Assembly (NCBI GenBank): GCA_963848305.1
Contig: CAWKDC010000001.1
Coordinates: 1,056,001-1,120,000 of the forward strand
From: an uncultured Gammaproteobacteria bacterium
Lineage (GTDB): Bacteria > Pseudomonadota > Gammaproteobacteria > JABCZS01
Direction of reading: 5' to 3'
DNA length: 64,000 bases
Shown here: piece after piece, positions 49,744 to 60,984 of the stretch
How the letters are laid out: each line of letters opens with the position of its first letter
How positions within the stretch are numbered: position 1 is the stretch's first letter
Position numbers and translations under genes: made by a program
The notes under the pieces: model-generated
What the model was told of the DNA's origin: nothing
The model's database searches: none
The model's input: only the letters and a program-made list of their open reading frames with translations

Positions 49744-51243
49744 ATGTCAACAGCCATGGTTTATTCACGTACGCACGATGGTGTTGGTGCACCATTAATC
49801 CGCGTTGAAGTCGATATTTCAAAAGGCATACCCAGCTTTTCCATTGTCGGATTACCCGAAACAGCGATCAAAGAAAGTCGCGATCGTGTGCGAAGCGCGT
49901 TGCTAAATGTCAATCATGAGATGCCTGTGCGACGTATTTTGGTGAATTTATCGCCGGCGGATCTTCCTAAAGAAGGGGCACGGTTTGATTTGCCCATTGC
50001 CATCGGCATATTAGCGGCATCGCAACAAATCCGCGCAGATCAACTCGAACAATATGAATTTGCCGGTGAACTCGGTTTAGCTGGCGAATTAAGGCCGATC
50101 AATGGGATGCTGCCATTTGGTATCGAATCACACAAAGCCTCGCACACATTGATTTGCCCTGCAGAGAACGCCGCTGAAGCGATGTTGGGCGGCGGAAAAG
50201 TATTGGCCGCTTCACATCTCCTGGATGTGATTTCGCATGTGCAGGGATGGGAATTATTACAAAGTCCTGCGCCGCTCACACTTCCGGAGCATGCATCATG
50301 CACACTGGATATTGCTGATATTCAAGGGCAACCACTGGCGAAGCGTGCACTGTTGATTGCGGCCGCAGGCGGTCACAGCATGCTCATGTGCGGACCACCA
50401 GGTTCCGGCAAAAGCATGTTGGCTCAACGATTACCCACCATTTTGCCGCCACTGTCTCATGCACAATCGCTGGAAATTGCGGCCATCTACTCGATCAGCA
50501 AGCAAGGTTTTCATGTCTCGCGATTCAAAGAGCGTCCTTTCCGGTCGCCGCATCATACTTCATCTCCTGTTTCATTAGTAGGTGGCGGCAGTATTCCAAA
50601 GCCGGGTGAAATTTCACTTGCACATCACGGTGTATTATTTCTGGATGAATTTCCTGAGTTTTCACGTAAAGTCATTGAAGTCCTTCGCGAGCCTATTGAA
50701 AATCGAAAAATCCACATTGCACGCGCATCAGGTTCTGCAGAATTTCCCGCACAATTTCAAATGATTTGTGCGATGAACCCTTGTCCCTGCGGGTATCTGA
50801 CAGATACAGAACATCAATGCCGTTGCACGCCCGCACAGATTGAACGATATCAAGGGCAAATATCAGGACCCATTTTGGATCGCATTGATATCCATATTGA
50901 AGTCCCGCGCGTTAACGTTAAAACGTTGATGGCGTATACACAGAGGGAAGGCGAAACAAGCGTTATGATGCGGGAAACCGTTGTGAAAACGCAAGCTGTT
51001 CAATTCGAACGATCAGGCGTTTTGAATGCGCATTTAAGCAGCGCAGCGATTAAGGAAACACTGATGACGAGTGCTGCAAAAGAAAAACTGGAAAAGCTCG
51101 TTGATGCATTTCACTTTTCAGCACGCGCATTTTATCGGGTCATCAAAGTCGCGCGCACAATTGCTGATTTAGAACAATCTCAATCCATTGAGGTCAAGCA
51201 TATTGTTGAGGCGGCGCAGTATCGGCAGCAGACCTCTTTGTAA
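49744..51243 (+). CDS. comM: YifB/ComM Mg-chelatase-like AAA+ ATPase
   Basis: IVGLPETAIKES.DRV, GPPGSGKS, PFRSPHH, LFLDE, MNPCPCG. Confidence 0.95.
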   Translation: MSTAMVYSRTHDGVGAPLIRVEVDISKGIPSFSIVGLPETAIKESRDRVRSALLNVNHEMPVRRILVNLSPADLPKEGARFDLPIAIGILAASQQIRADQLEQYEFAGELGLAGELRPINGMLPFGIESHKASHTLICPAENAAEAMLGGGKVLAASHLLDVISHVQGWELLQSPAPLTLPEHASCTLDIADIQGQPLAKRALLIAAAGGHSMLMCGPPGSGKSMLAQRLPTILPPLSHAQSLEIAAIYSISKQGFHVSRFKERPFRSPHHTSSPVSLVGGGSIPKPGEISLAHHGVLFLDEFPEFSRKVIEVLREPIENRKIHIARASGSAEFPAQFQMICAMNPCPCGYLTDTEHQCRCTPAQIERYQGQISGPILDRIDIHIEVPRVNVKTLMAYTQREGETSVMMRETVVKTQAVQFERSGVLNAHLSSAAIKETLMTSAAKEKLEKLVDAFHFSARAFYRVIKVARTIADLEQSQSIEVKHIVEAAQYRQQTSL

Positions 51244-51306
51244 GGCCGCAGCATGCAGAGTTTATCGCGAAGGCGGGCAGTCGCATGCCATTTGCATGCT
51301 GGCGCC

Positions 51307-51699
51307 CTACAAACGCTGCTTCCGTTTCTCCAATCTCATTTTCAGTTTCTCAGCATGTTCTTTTTGAACTTGCTGAAACGCTTCATATTGTTTTTCGTCG
51401 AGGAGTTTTTTGACTTCAGTATTCGTCACATCATTGAGTTCCGTCAACTCTTTTTTCATGCTCAGCATCGAAGACAGGCTGGTTTCGCCGTTATAACTTT
51501 CGACGATGTCTTCGCGATCGTTGATGCTGTCATACAACACATTAGACAAATCTCGGATTTGATCATCCGTTAATAATGTGACCTTCAACAGGCGTGTCAT
51601 GAAATCATCGACATATCGATTCACGATGGAGTGAGGCGCAGCAAATGCGCTGAAAAAAAACAGAAAAGACAATACTGACACACACCATTTCATTTTCAT
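51307..51699 (-). CDS. Small periplasmic helical hypothetical protein
   Basis: Signal peptide; LT.DQ and LDEKQY motifs (Spy/CpxP-like pattern); follows glmS. Confidence 0.65.
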   Translation of the reverse strand: MKMKWCVSVLSFLFFFSAFAAPHSIVNRYVDDFMTRLLKVTLLTDDQIRDLSNVLYDSINDREDIVESYNGETSLSSMLSMKKELTELNDVTNTEVKKLLDEKQYEAFQQVQKEHAEKLKMRLEKRKQRL

Positions 51700-51702
51700 T
51701 GA

Positions 51703-53535
51703 TCATTCCACCGTCACTGATTTTGCTAAATTCCGAGGCTGATCGACATCAGCCCCTTTTAAAACTGCCACATGATAGGCTAACAATTGCAAGGGCAAAG
51801 TATGCAATAAGGCAGGCGCAAACAACCCTGCACCAAGCGGAATGTTGATGACCTGAGCATTTAACATCTCGGCATGATCAACATCACTCACCAAAAATAA
51901 CCGGCCACCACGCGCATTGATTTCCTGAAGATTCGACAACATTTTCTCGTACTGACCATCATTATGCAATAAACCGATCACAGGCATCAATTCATCGACG
52001 AGGGCAAGGGGTCCATGTTTTAATTCACCAGCAGGATACGCTTCCGCATGAATGTATGAAATCTCTTTTAACTTCAATGCCCCTTCCAACGCAATTGGAG
52101 ACAATATGCCGCGCGCAACAAACAACGCACTTGTTTTATCAGCGAATGCTTGTGCCATTTTTTTAATGGCCGGGTCTAATGCCAACACCATTTCCATCAA
52201 ACGAGGTAATTGTTCTAAGCCTTCGATATGCAATTTCAAATGCGTGATATGTTTTGATTTTGCCAATGACAATGTCAGGAGTGCGAGTGACACCAATTGT
52301 GTGCAGAATGCTTTCGTGGAGGCGACACAAACTTCTCTGCCCGCACGGGTGAGAAACACGAGGTCAGCTTCACGCACCATCATGGATTCCGGCACATTGC
52401 AAATGGCCAACGTGGAACGATACGTTGAGCTTTTTGCTTTACGCAATGCAGCCAATGTATCTGCTGTTTCACCGGATTGTGAAATGCACACAAATAAAGT
52501 ATTTTTAGGGACAACAACATCACGGTAGCGATATTCACTCGACACTTCCACTGTGCAAGGAATTCCTACGATCGATTCGATCCCATAACGAGCGACCAAC
52601 CCGGCATGATAGCTCGTGCCACAGGCCACAATGTGAATGCATTCTATCTCGGCAAACAAAGCATCTGTGTTAGGGCCGAAAATAGCATCAAGCACTTGAT
52701 GATCACTTAAACGTCCTTCCAATGTTTCCTGCACAACATGAGGTTGTTCAAAAATTTCCTTTTGCATGTAATGATCGTATTGACCCTTATTGCCACTCAA
52801 ATACGCATCACTCGATAATTCTGTCACGTCTCGTGTGATTTTTTCAGCTTTTTTATTGTAAATATCGACTGATTGGGCAGTCACTTCGGCAACATCCCCT
52901 TCTTCTAAATAAATAAATTGTTGTGTCACCGTGATAAGGGCTAAATAATCAGACGCGAAAAAGTTTTCCCCATTCCCGAGACCGACTACTAACGGGCTGC
53001 CTTTTCTCACGGCGAATAATCGATCGGGATAAGCACATGATAATATGCCTAATGAAAAAGCACCTTCCAACTCTCGGATGGCTGCAAAAACCGCCTCACG
53101 CATGGTCTTGCTTTTTTTCAGACAAGAATGGATCAAGTGTGCAATCACTTCCGTATCCGTTTGAGAAGCAAACACATAGCCTTCCGCAATCAGTCTCGCA
53201 CGCAATGTGTCATGATTTTCAATGATCCCATTGTGCACAACCGCAATTTCATTGTCGCCATTTCCAGATGTATGTGGATGTGCATTTTGCTCAGAAGGCA
53301 CACCATGTGTTGCCCAACGGGTATGCGCAATACCAATATGACCCTGAACGGGATATTCTTTGATCGCTTGTACCAAATGGGCGACTTTGCCTTGCGCGCG
53401 AACACGAACCAACCCATTTTTTTCACACACAGCAATCCCTGCAGAATCATACCCGCGGTATTCAAGGCGCTGCAGACCTTCCAATAAAACTGGAGCCACA
53501 GGGCTCTTCATGACCGCACCAACAATACCACACAT
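51703..53535 (-). CDS. glmS: Glutamine--fructose-6-phosphate transaminase
   Basis: MCGIVG, LEYRGYDSAG, HTRWATHG, SQSGETADT, PRNLAKSVTVE. Confidence 0.99.
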   Translation of the reverse strand: MCGIVGAVMKSPVAPVLLEGLQRLEYRGYDSAGIAVCEKNGLVRVRAQGKVAHLVQAIKEYPVQGHIGIAHTRWATHGVPSEQNAHPHTSGNGDNEIAVVHNGIIENHDTLRARLIAEGYVFASQTDTEVIAHLIHSCLKKSKTMREAVFAAIRELEGAFSLGILSCAYPDRLFAVRKGSPLVVGLGNGENFFASDYLALITVTQQFIYLEEGDVAEVTAQSVDIYNKKAEKITRDVTELSSDAYLSGNKGQYDHYMQKEIFEQPHVVQETLEGRLSDHQVLDAIFGPNTDALFAEIECIHIVACGTSYHAGLVARYGIESIVGIPCTVEVSSEYRYRDVVVPKNTLFVCISQSGETADTLAALRKAKSSTYRSTLAICNVPESMMVREADLVFLTRAGREVCVASTKAFCTQLVSLALLTLSLAKSKHITHLKLHIEGLEQLPRLMEMVLALDPAIKKMAQAFADKTSALFVARGILSPIALEGALKLKEISYIHAEAYPAGELKHGPLALVDELMPVIGLLHNDGQYEKMLSNLQEINARGGRLFLVSDVDHAEMLNAQVINIPLGAGLFAPALLHTLPLQLLAYHVAVLKGADVDQPRNLAKSVTVE

Positions 53536-54909
53536 TTATAAATCCCCTTCTTCAGGTGTTTTTTCAGGGCGTTTCCATGTGGGCAAGGTAGTTTGTTTTG
53601 CACGTGCCAGTGTCAATTGATTATCTGGCGCGTCTTTGGTGAGCACCGTACCGGCGCCAATCGTTGCGCCTTCACCCACCGACACAGGTGCGACCAAACT
53701 GGCATTGGATCCAATAAACGCATGGTCGCCAATCACGGTGTGGTGTTTATTCACACCATCGTAATTGCAGGTGATCACGCCCGCACCAATATTAACGTGT
53801 TGGCCCACGGTTGTATCGCCGATGTAGCTGAGATGATTCGCTTTGGAATGGGCACCTAAGGTTGAGTTTTTAATTTCGACAAAATTGCCGACATGCACCT
53901 GATCTTCGAGACAAGCGCCTGGGCGCAAGCGTGCGAAGGGACCCACTGTCACCCCTGATTTAATCGTTGCACCGTCAATATGTGAAAATGGTTGAATCGA
54001 GACATGATCACCCATCATGCTGTTTTTAATGATCACGTTGGCGCCAATGTGCGTATGATTTCCGAGCGTCACATCGCCCTCTATGATCACATTCACATCG
54101 ATAAAGACATCTTTGCCAACCGTCAGTGTGCCGCGCAGATCAAAGCGCGAAGGATCTGCAAAACGTACCCCTTGTTGCATCAATGCATCGGCCTGCTGAG
54201 TTTGCAGGACGCGTTCTGCTTGCGATAATTGTTTCATATCATTTATTCCAAAAGCTTCAACAGGATCGGCAAGGCGCATCGCCTGCACGTGTGTGTGTTG
54301 CTGCGCGAGCGGGACAACATCCGGTAAATAATATTCCCCTGCTTTATTGGCACACCCAACTTGTGGCAGCCATGCCAACCAATCTTGACGTTGTGCAATA
54401 TAAATGCCTGAAGACACTTCTTGAATCTTCCGCTCAACATCGTTGGCATCTTTTTCTTCAACAATACGATCGACCGCCCCATTCGCATGGCGCAGCACGC
54501 GCCCCAAACCGGTCGGATCGGGCGCATCATACGTCAATATGCCTAACGCTTCCGGCGGCGTATTTCGTTCAAAAGCAGCGAGGGTTTCTGCAGTGATTAA
54601 AGGACCGTCGCCAGCCAGTATCATCACCCTTTCGCCTTTGACATGGGGCATCGCCTGTAGGACGGCATGTGCCGTTCCCAGAGGCTCCGGTTGAACCACA
54701 TGATCACAGCCATGTCCCTGCAAATAGTCTTGAATGGCCGCTGAATCAGGCCCTACCACACACACCAACTGCACGGGCTTTAAAACCTTCACTGCGTCAA
54801 TGACATACGACAACATCGGGCGCCCAGCCAACGGCTGCAACACCTTGGGAACGCCAGAGCGCATGCGGGTGCCTTTGCCTGCTGCGAGTATGATGATGCT
54901 GACGGACAT
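53536..54909 (-). CDS. glmU: Bifunctional UDP-GlcNAc pyrophosphorylase/acetyltransferase
   Basis: LAAGKGTRM.S..PKVL, GEYYLPD, GNFVEIK, CNYDG, hexapeptide repeats. Confidence 0.99.
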   Translation of the reverse strand: MSVSIIILAAGKGTRMRSGVPKVLQPLAGRPMLSYVIDAVKVLKPVQLVCVVGPDSAAIQDYLQGHGCDHVVQPEPLGTAHAVLQAMPHVKGERVMILAGDGPLITAETLAAFERNTPPEALGILTYDAPDPTGLGRVLRHANGAVDRIVEEKDANDVERKIQEVSSGIYIAQRQDWLAWLPQVGCANKAGEYYLPDVVPLAQQHTHVQAMRLADPVEAFGINDMKQLSQAERVLQTQQADALMQQGVRFADPSRFDLRGTLTVGKDVFIDVNVIIEGDVTLGNHTHIGANVIIKNSMMGDHVSIQPFSHIDGATIKSGVTVGPFARLRPGACLEDQVHVGNFVEIKNSTLGAHSKANHLSYIGDTTVGQHVNIGAGVITCNYDGVNKHHTVIGDHAFIGSNASLVAPVSVGEGATIGAGTVLTKDAPDNQLTLARAKQTTLPTWKRPEKTPEEGDL

Positions 54910-55095
54910 ATATGTTATTTCTCACCTTTTAAAGGGTTAATCATAACACTGGATCGCGTTAAAAACGAGTCCCGTGGGCTACTCATCATATTCATCACGA
55001 CACTTTTCGTCACGAAACTCTTCGTGATGAGGAATGACGTGAGGAAAGGGACAGCTTCCATTCTTTTTAAATCAATCTGTTAAAAAAATTTATGC

Positions 55096-56619
55096 TCAAT
55101 CCTCGCAAGCCGTTTGGGTACAGAAGATTCCTACAGCGCTCAGTGCGGCCATCACGTCCTCATAGGGGTACCCCAAAAAGGCGGCCGCAATCACCGTATC
55201 GTACCCAGCAGACTCGAAATTTGACCAAGCGTACCAATAGTACATATTCGCGGTGTACATCACATCAAAGGCTGTTCGCACGTCCCACCCAGGGGTGGTT
55301 GCCAACAAATAAAAGACCCTATTGAACACGCCACTCGACTGATGTGGATCCATACGGAATGTAAACCCTGCCACGGTATCAATTGATCGTCCATCTTTGG
55401 AAGGATAATCCATGTATCTCAGCACAGCCCCTGGCGCTTTGAATATATCTGCGCCTATCGTCCAGCCCAGTGGCGCACCATAAAAATAAAATTCGGCCGC
55501 TTTGGCAGCGATATCTGAAAAAGATTCATTCAAACCGCCCGATTGATTGGAGTAAATCAATTGAGAAGCATATTCTGTGACACCATGCGCCAACTCATGT
55601 GAGACAACATCGAGTGTGGTGAGTGGATATAGTTCATCATTCCCATCTCCGAACGTCATGGATTCACCATTCCAAAAGGCATTCGCATAATTGTCACCAT
55701 AATGCACACGCACATCCAGAGGCAGCACAAATGGCTGATGGCCGTACCAATCCTCATACATCTTCACGACGGTATGGGCAAATGAGTAAGCATCGTTTAG
55801 AGGAGAATAGGCGCCATTGATCGCATCATTGCTTTGTTCATATTGTTGAGCAGCTGGATCGCAGGTATATGTATAGATCAGTCCATCACTGGTGAAATTG
55901 GCCATGTTCACGGCAGCCACGTCTTCACTTTGCATCACACAAGTATTTGCAACAACCAAGATATCAAGCGCGGGATAATCGAGACCATATTGATATTCAC
56001 CGGTTTTTCCATTGCCCCCAGGCCCCGTGCCCACTTGTTCTGACGTTAACCCTTCCCAGTGTTCAAGCACTTCACCCGTGACACTGTCCACAATATAATG
56101 GGGACGCGTGGGTGCATTACCTTCTGGTAAATCCGCGAAAAAATGAATGCTCACGGCACGATGGGCGATATTGTTTTGGTCGATATAAATCACAGGTTCA
56201 GCGAATTCATTTTTCAATATCAGCGATGAATTGTGTTGAAGTGCGAAGCTATTTTTGACAGACATCAATATTGCTGCTGGATCCATTGAACGTAATGATT
56301 TTTTCAAGTCTGTTTCAATGCCATCCACCCACACACCTGTCCATGCGGGCAGGGGAAAAATCGATCTTTGAAGACTGGGCACATATTCATGTTCAATCAC
56401 TTGATAGCCAAACACCGGCAACCCTTCATAGGTTTGAACATAACGGGTGTGCACATTCCCTTTTAAATCTTTCGCGCGAGAGACCAGCGTTAAATCTGCT
56501 TCGGGCAGTTGCGCCATGAATCCTGCTTTTTCAGATGGCAGCAAAGATATTAAATGCACCGCATGCGCACTGATTGACACGCATATTGTGGTAATAATCA
56601 CAATTATTTTATTGACCAT
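55096..56619 (-). CDS. M4 family zinc metalloprotease (elastase/ProA-like) precursor
   Basis: Signal and propeptide, GTGPGGN.KTG.Y.YG, NAFWNG, HELAH, GGLNESFSD. Confidence 0.95.
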   Translation of the reverse strand: MVNKIIVIITTICVSISAHAVHLISLLPSEKAGFMAQLPEADLTLVSRAKDLKGNVHTRYVQTYEGLPVFGYQVIEHEYVPSLQRSIFPLPAWTGVWVDGIETDLKKSLRSMDPAAILMSVKNSFALQHNSSLILKNEFAEPVIYIDQNNIAHRAVSIHFFADLPEGNAPTRPHYIVDSVTGEVLEHWEGLTSEQVGTGPGGNGKTGEYQYGLDYPALDILVVANTCVMQSEDVAAVNMANFTSDGLIYTYTCDPAAQQYEQSNDAINGAYSPLNDAYSFAHTVVKMYEDWYGHQPFVLPLDVRVHYGDNYANAFWNGESMTFGDGNDELYPLTTLDVVSHELAHGVTEYASQLIYSNQSGGLNESFSDIAAKAAEFYFYGAPLGWTIGADIFKAPGAVLRYMDYPSKDGRSIDTVAGFTFRMDPHQSSGVFNRVFYLLATTPGWDVRTAFDVMYTANMYYWYAWSNFESAGYDTVIAAAFLGYPYEDVMAALSAVGIFCTQTACED

Positions 56620-56687
56620 CCTTATGTCTCTCTTTCTTGTCCCATTAACCTATATAGTGCATCACCGACAACACTATTGGTGATTGA

Positions 56688-57946
56688 TTATTTCTCCACG
56701 GCAGCCAGCATCACTTTTTTATCTAATTCACCCATGCGCTGCGCAATGAACAAAGCTGCCACGCTATTACCGATCACATTCGTGATAGCACGGCCTTCAG
56801 ACAGGAAGCGATCAATCCCAAGGATCAACACTATCCCCTCAACAGGAATGATTTGAAATGCGGTGAGGGTCGCGGCCAAGGTGATAAACCCTCCGCCACT
56901 CACGGTTGCGGCCCTTTTGACGTGATGATCATCAAGCCCAGCAATACCAAAATTTGATGAAAGTTTAATTCGACTTGCGTGGCTTGGGCAATAAACAAGG
57001 CGGCCATGGTCAAATAAATCGCTGTACCGTCCAGATTGAACGAATAACCCGTTGGAACAACCAATCGCACGACATCTGGGTGCGCACCCAATGCTTCCAA
57101 TTTATTGATCAAACGTGCCAGCACACTTTCAGAGCTGGAGGTTGCGAGCACAATCACCAACTCTTCGCGCAAATATCGCAATAGTTGCATGATGGAAATC
57201 CCGCAGGACAGTTTCAACACCAATCCCAATACGACAAAAATAAACACCGTACATGTCACATAAAAACAGGCCAGCAAGAAAAACAATTGACCCAATACCG
57301 CTAAACCAAAATGCCCGACAGAGAATGCAATGGCCGCAAAAGCCCCAATAGGCGCCAATTTCAATACGTAATCCATCATTTTAAAAAACACATTGGTCAA
57401 CGAATTGATGGGTCCGATCAAGGTTTTTTTATCGTCTTTCAACAAGGTCAATGCAAACGCAAACAACAGTGCCAATAATAAAATCTGCAAAATATTGCCT
57501 TCAGCGAAAGCACTCACAAAAGTTTTAGGAATAATATGAAGCAAAAATGGAATGACCCCATCTTGCTGCTTGGTGGAATCAACATAAGCACTGATGCTTG
57601 CGGTGTTCAGCGTGGAGATATCCACTGTGAAACCACTGCCAGGCTGTAAAAAATGGGACACAAGCACGCCGACAATCAGCGCGAAAGTTGTCATGAGCAT
57701 AAAATAAAGGAACGCAAAACCGCCGACCTTACCCGCTTTCGACACTTGGTTCACTGATAAAATACCTGACACAATCGCCAAAAAAATCACCGGGGGGATC
57801 AGCATTTTCACCAGGGCAATGAAGCCATCCGCCAAGGGTTTGAATTTCACCGCCAGTGCAGCTTCATAGTGTCCAAAAATCACGCCAACTAAAATGGCCA
57901 ATAAAACCTGTACATAAAGATGTTTGAAGAATCGCAGCATTTTCAT
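56688..57946 (-). CDS. dctA: C4-dicarboxylate:cation symporter (apparent frameshift at ~56912)
   Basis: [40 protein letters not shown]. One extra G restores [13 protein letters not shown]. Confidence 0.92.
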
Positions 57947-58060
57947 ATTTGAGGAATCCTACTGTCTAAAAGCGGTTTCCGATTATACCCTATTTGCCCC
58001 ACCTTTGGCGAGCCCTTTCCGATGCGCATAACACCCTGAATAACAAGGCTTTTTACTTTA

Positions 58061-58089
58061 TTGACAGTGATTCATACTACTGATATGAT
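58061..58089 (+). promoter_or_regulatory. Sigma70 promoter
   Basis: TTGACA-N17-TATGAT 30 bp upstream of the ATG at 58120. Confidence 0.75.
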
Positions 58090-58119
58090 GCCGAAACCTT
58101 TCCAATCAGGAGTTTTACG

Positions 58120-58356
58120 ATGAAGTCCAAGATCTTGCGCCTCTGCGCACTTTTATGCCTTCCTTTATTCTCCTTTGCAACGCCCCAGTTTACCTTGAGT
58201 TCCTGCCCAACCGCTTTTATTGACGAGATGTCTTTGTTCAGTCCCTATCATGCGTCTCCCTGCTGGCCTACGGGTACCCCTTGCTGCAACAAATATGGAC
58301 AATGCCGCTGCCCAGGAAAATGTTTTTTTGACCTTACTGTAGGAGTTTTACAATGA
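58120..58356 (+). CDS. Small secreted Cys-rich peptide
   Basis: AGGAG RBS, signal peptide, CWPTGTPCCNKYGQCRCPGKC. Confidence 0.65.
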   Translation: MKSKILRLCALLCLPLFSFATPQFTLSSCPTAFIDEMSLFSPYHASPCWPTGTPCCNKYGQCRCPGKCFFDLTVGVLQ

Positions 58357-59531
58357 AGTCCATGATCTTGCGCCTCTGCGCCTTCTTATTCTTCCCTCTG
58401 CTCGCCCTGGCGGATACTGTGATGGTCATCGATGCCGGTAGCTCCGGAACCCGTGCTTATGTCTACGAAACGACGAATAATGCTGGCGATATCACCGTCA
58501 CAAAAATTATCGATCAAAAGGTATCTCCTGCTGTCACTTCAGTCACCGATTTCAATACGTATTTCAGCAATCTGCTCACACTTGTTCAATCAGGCAGCGT
58601 GGTGAACGCTGATACGCCAATCTATCTTTATGCCACTGCCGGCGTGCGCATGCTGCCACGCGCTGATCAAACCGCGCTGCTGGCCAACATCCGCGCGGGG
58701 CTGAGCGAAGAAGCCGCTGTACTCGGTTATCCAGACATGACAGCGACTTTAAAAGAAGATGTCAGGGTGATCTCCGCTGCAGAAGAAGCCTATTTTATCT
58801 GGATCAACGATCAGTATGTCGCAGGGAAGTTAGAACTGAATACATTGAATAACGAGAACACGTTTGCTGCTGTTGAAATGGGAGGTGCTTCTGCCGAAGT
58901 GGCGTTATTACCCCTACGCGCCCACCCAGCCACACTCAAGAACTCCATTTCATTCCCTTTTTATGATCGTCGTTACTCCATATACAGCGTCGGCTATGAT
59001 GGCTCGGGTCTAGATAAAGCCATTGCACACATGCTGGATGCTTATGAACGTAACGGCGGCGATTTTGCAGCCTGCTTTCCTGTGGGCGCACCCTATCCTT
59101 TAACCAATCCTGTGCTAACCGGAACGGGTGAGTTTGAAGAATGCGCTACTTTTATCAAGAGGCACCCTGCGAATCAGTACCGCAAAGCGCCCAGTGCAGA
59201 TCAGTATTTGTTGACAGGCGGTTTTTACTACACCTTCAAAATACTGGGCTTGGCCAATGACAACAGTCCTTTCTGGGTGTCCTTGGATGATCTCGCCACA
59301 GAAGGGACAGATTTTTGCACCACTTCATGGACCGATCTTCAAAGTGAATATCCTTCGGAAGGCCTAAGCTATTTGCTCAATTATTGCTTCAACAGTGCAT
59401 TCCAACATCATTATTTGGAAGGCATTGGCGTGAACAACAATGACCTCTTGATGAGCACCGATAAATACAATGGGGACCCTACCAAGCCAATGACTTGGAC
59501 GTTAGGTGTTGCGTATCGCAAGGCGCAGTGA
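58353..59531 (+). CDS. GDA1/CD39-family ecto-NTPDase (apyrase)
   Basis: Apyrase conserved regions IDAGSSGTR, LYATAGVR, EEA, EMGGAS, WTLG; signal peptide. Confidence 0.92.
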   Translation: MKSMILRLCAFLFFPLLALADTVMVIDAGSSGTRAYVYETTNNAGDITVTKIIDQKVSPAVTSVTDFNTYFSNLLTLVQSGSVVNADTPIYLYATAGVRMLPRADQTALLANIRAGLSEEAAVLGYPDMTATLKEDVRVISAAEEAYFIWINDQYVAGKLELNTLNNENTFAAVEMGGASAEVALLPLRAHPATLKNSISFPFYDRRYSIYSVGYDGSGLDKAIAHMLDAYERNGGDFAACFPVGAPYPLTNPVLTGTGEFEECATFIKRHPANQYRKAPSADQYLLTGGFYYTFKILGLANDNSPFWVSLDDLATEGTDFCTTSWTDLQSEYPSEGLSYLLNYCFNSAFQHHYLEGIGVNNNDLLMSTDKYNGDPTKPMTWTLGVAYRKAQ

Positions 59532-59603
59532 AACGACCCACTGTAGGGGCGCATATTTGCGCCCTCGCGCGAAAGTGTTACGCCCCACTCAGCACCCCCG
59601 CCT

Positions 59604-60815
59604 TTAAAGGGGGCTTTCATTTTTTGTTTTAAATGCCCTATAAAAAACACCTGAAGTCACCACCCCCGCCACGACCAAAAACATGATCGGCGCGTTGTAC
59701 ATTTGATAATGCTCTGCCAAATATCCTGATATCACTGGCACCAAGCTGCCAAACGATGCGCCCAACATGAAACACGTGCTCACGTAGCGGCCACGACATT
59801 CGGGCGGAAATAAAGGATTCAACACCGCATGAACCGGCGCACCAAACGTGACATTTGCCGCCATCAATAAGAAAACACCCCATAAACTGCCCTGCTGAAT
59901 GCATAATACCCCGACAATACTGAGCGGTATCGACAACACTGCACCCAACATCATCATTTTTTCAGGTTTTAAAAAACGATCCGAGAAATATCCCGCTAAT
60001 GGGGTTAATACAATCGAACAAATCAGTGCGGTAAAAGTCGCCAATAATCCAGCTGATGCAGGATAATGTAAAATTTTCGTGAAATAAAAATTGGTGTACA
60101 TCATCGGGATCCAAATGATCACGTTGGTCAAAACACCTGCAAAAATAGCCACCGATACAGCGCTGCTACGTGGCACATGATATTGCATTGCCTTTGTGTC
60201 GACGGACACGCCCATTTCCTTTTTTAATTTTTCTCTGAAAATGAAACTGATATATGTGGCGAGTGCACCGAATGCAAAAGCATATCGCCATGCCGCTTCC
60301 GATAGATGATCATTCAGATAAAACCACGCAAAACCAAACGCAGCCAAACTGCCAATCGATCCAGAGGCTGCTAATGAACCGCTGATAAAACTGCGCCGCG
60401 TTTTATATTTTTCCATGAGCAACGTCCCCGCTGTCATGTATTCACCGCCAAGCGATAATCCTTGCAGTGCGCGCAACAATACAAATACAACCATCGAAAT
60501 AACACCAGCGATTTCATAGCCCGGCAATATCGCAATGCCAAAACCCGCAAAGCTCGCGTATTTCAATGTTTGACCCAATGCATAACCACGTCCAAGTCGA
60601 TCGGACAATGTGCCAAACACGTACCCCCCGATGGGGCGAATAATAAAAGGGATAGCAAATAGCAACAGGCTAACCAAATGGGTTTGCGTGGGATTAAGGT
60701 TAGGGATAAAAAACCCCGTAATGGCCGCACCCAAATGGGCGAACAGCATGAAATCATAATAATCGAGGATATTGCCCGCGGTAATTAAGCTGATGATTTT
60801 TAAGTTATTTTTCAT
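59604..60815 (-). CDS. MFS transporter, metabolite:H+ symporter (ProP-like)
   Basis: GNILDYYDF, RPIGG..FG.LSDR.GR, RALQGLSLGGEY. Confidence 0.92.
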   Translation of the reverse strand: MKNNLKIISLITAGNILDYYDFMLFAHLGAAITGFFIPNLNPTQTHLVSLLLFAIPFIIRPIGGYVFGTLSDRLGRGYALGQTLKYASFAGFGIAILPGYEIAGVISMVVFVLLRALQGLSLGGEYMTAGTLLMEKYKTRRSFISGSLAASGSIGSLAAFGFAWFYLNDHLSEAAWRYAFAFGALATYISFIFREKLKKEMGVSVDTKAMQYHVPRSSAVSVAIFAGVLTNVIIWIPMMYTNFYFTKILHYPASAGLLATFTALICSIVLTPLAGYFSDRFLKPEKMMMLGAVLSIPLSIVGVLCIQQGSLWGVFLLMAANVTFGAPVHAVLNPLFPPECRGRYVSTCFMLGASFGSLVPVISGYLAEHYQMYNAPIMFLVVAGVVTSGVFYRAFKTKNESPL

Positions 60816-60984
60816 GAAAGAATCCTTGTGTGACGATAACTTCACTCAATATCGAAGGACTATGATAGTGGAATATCGGGGGGATTGAAAGAATATCAAA
60901 CAAAAAAAATGGTGAATGCTCATGACTGACCTTGACATGCCACAGATGCCTACGCACAATTAGACGTACAATGCGAGATTTCCT

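Noticed and set aside
54990-55030. Regulatory RNA (glmS-ribozyme-like) upstream of glmU
   Set aside because: Only short TCACGA inverted repeats; no ribozyme consensus recognisable.
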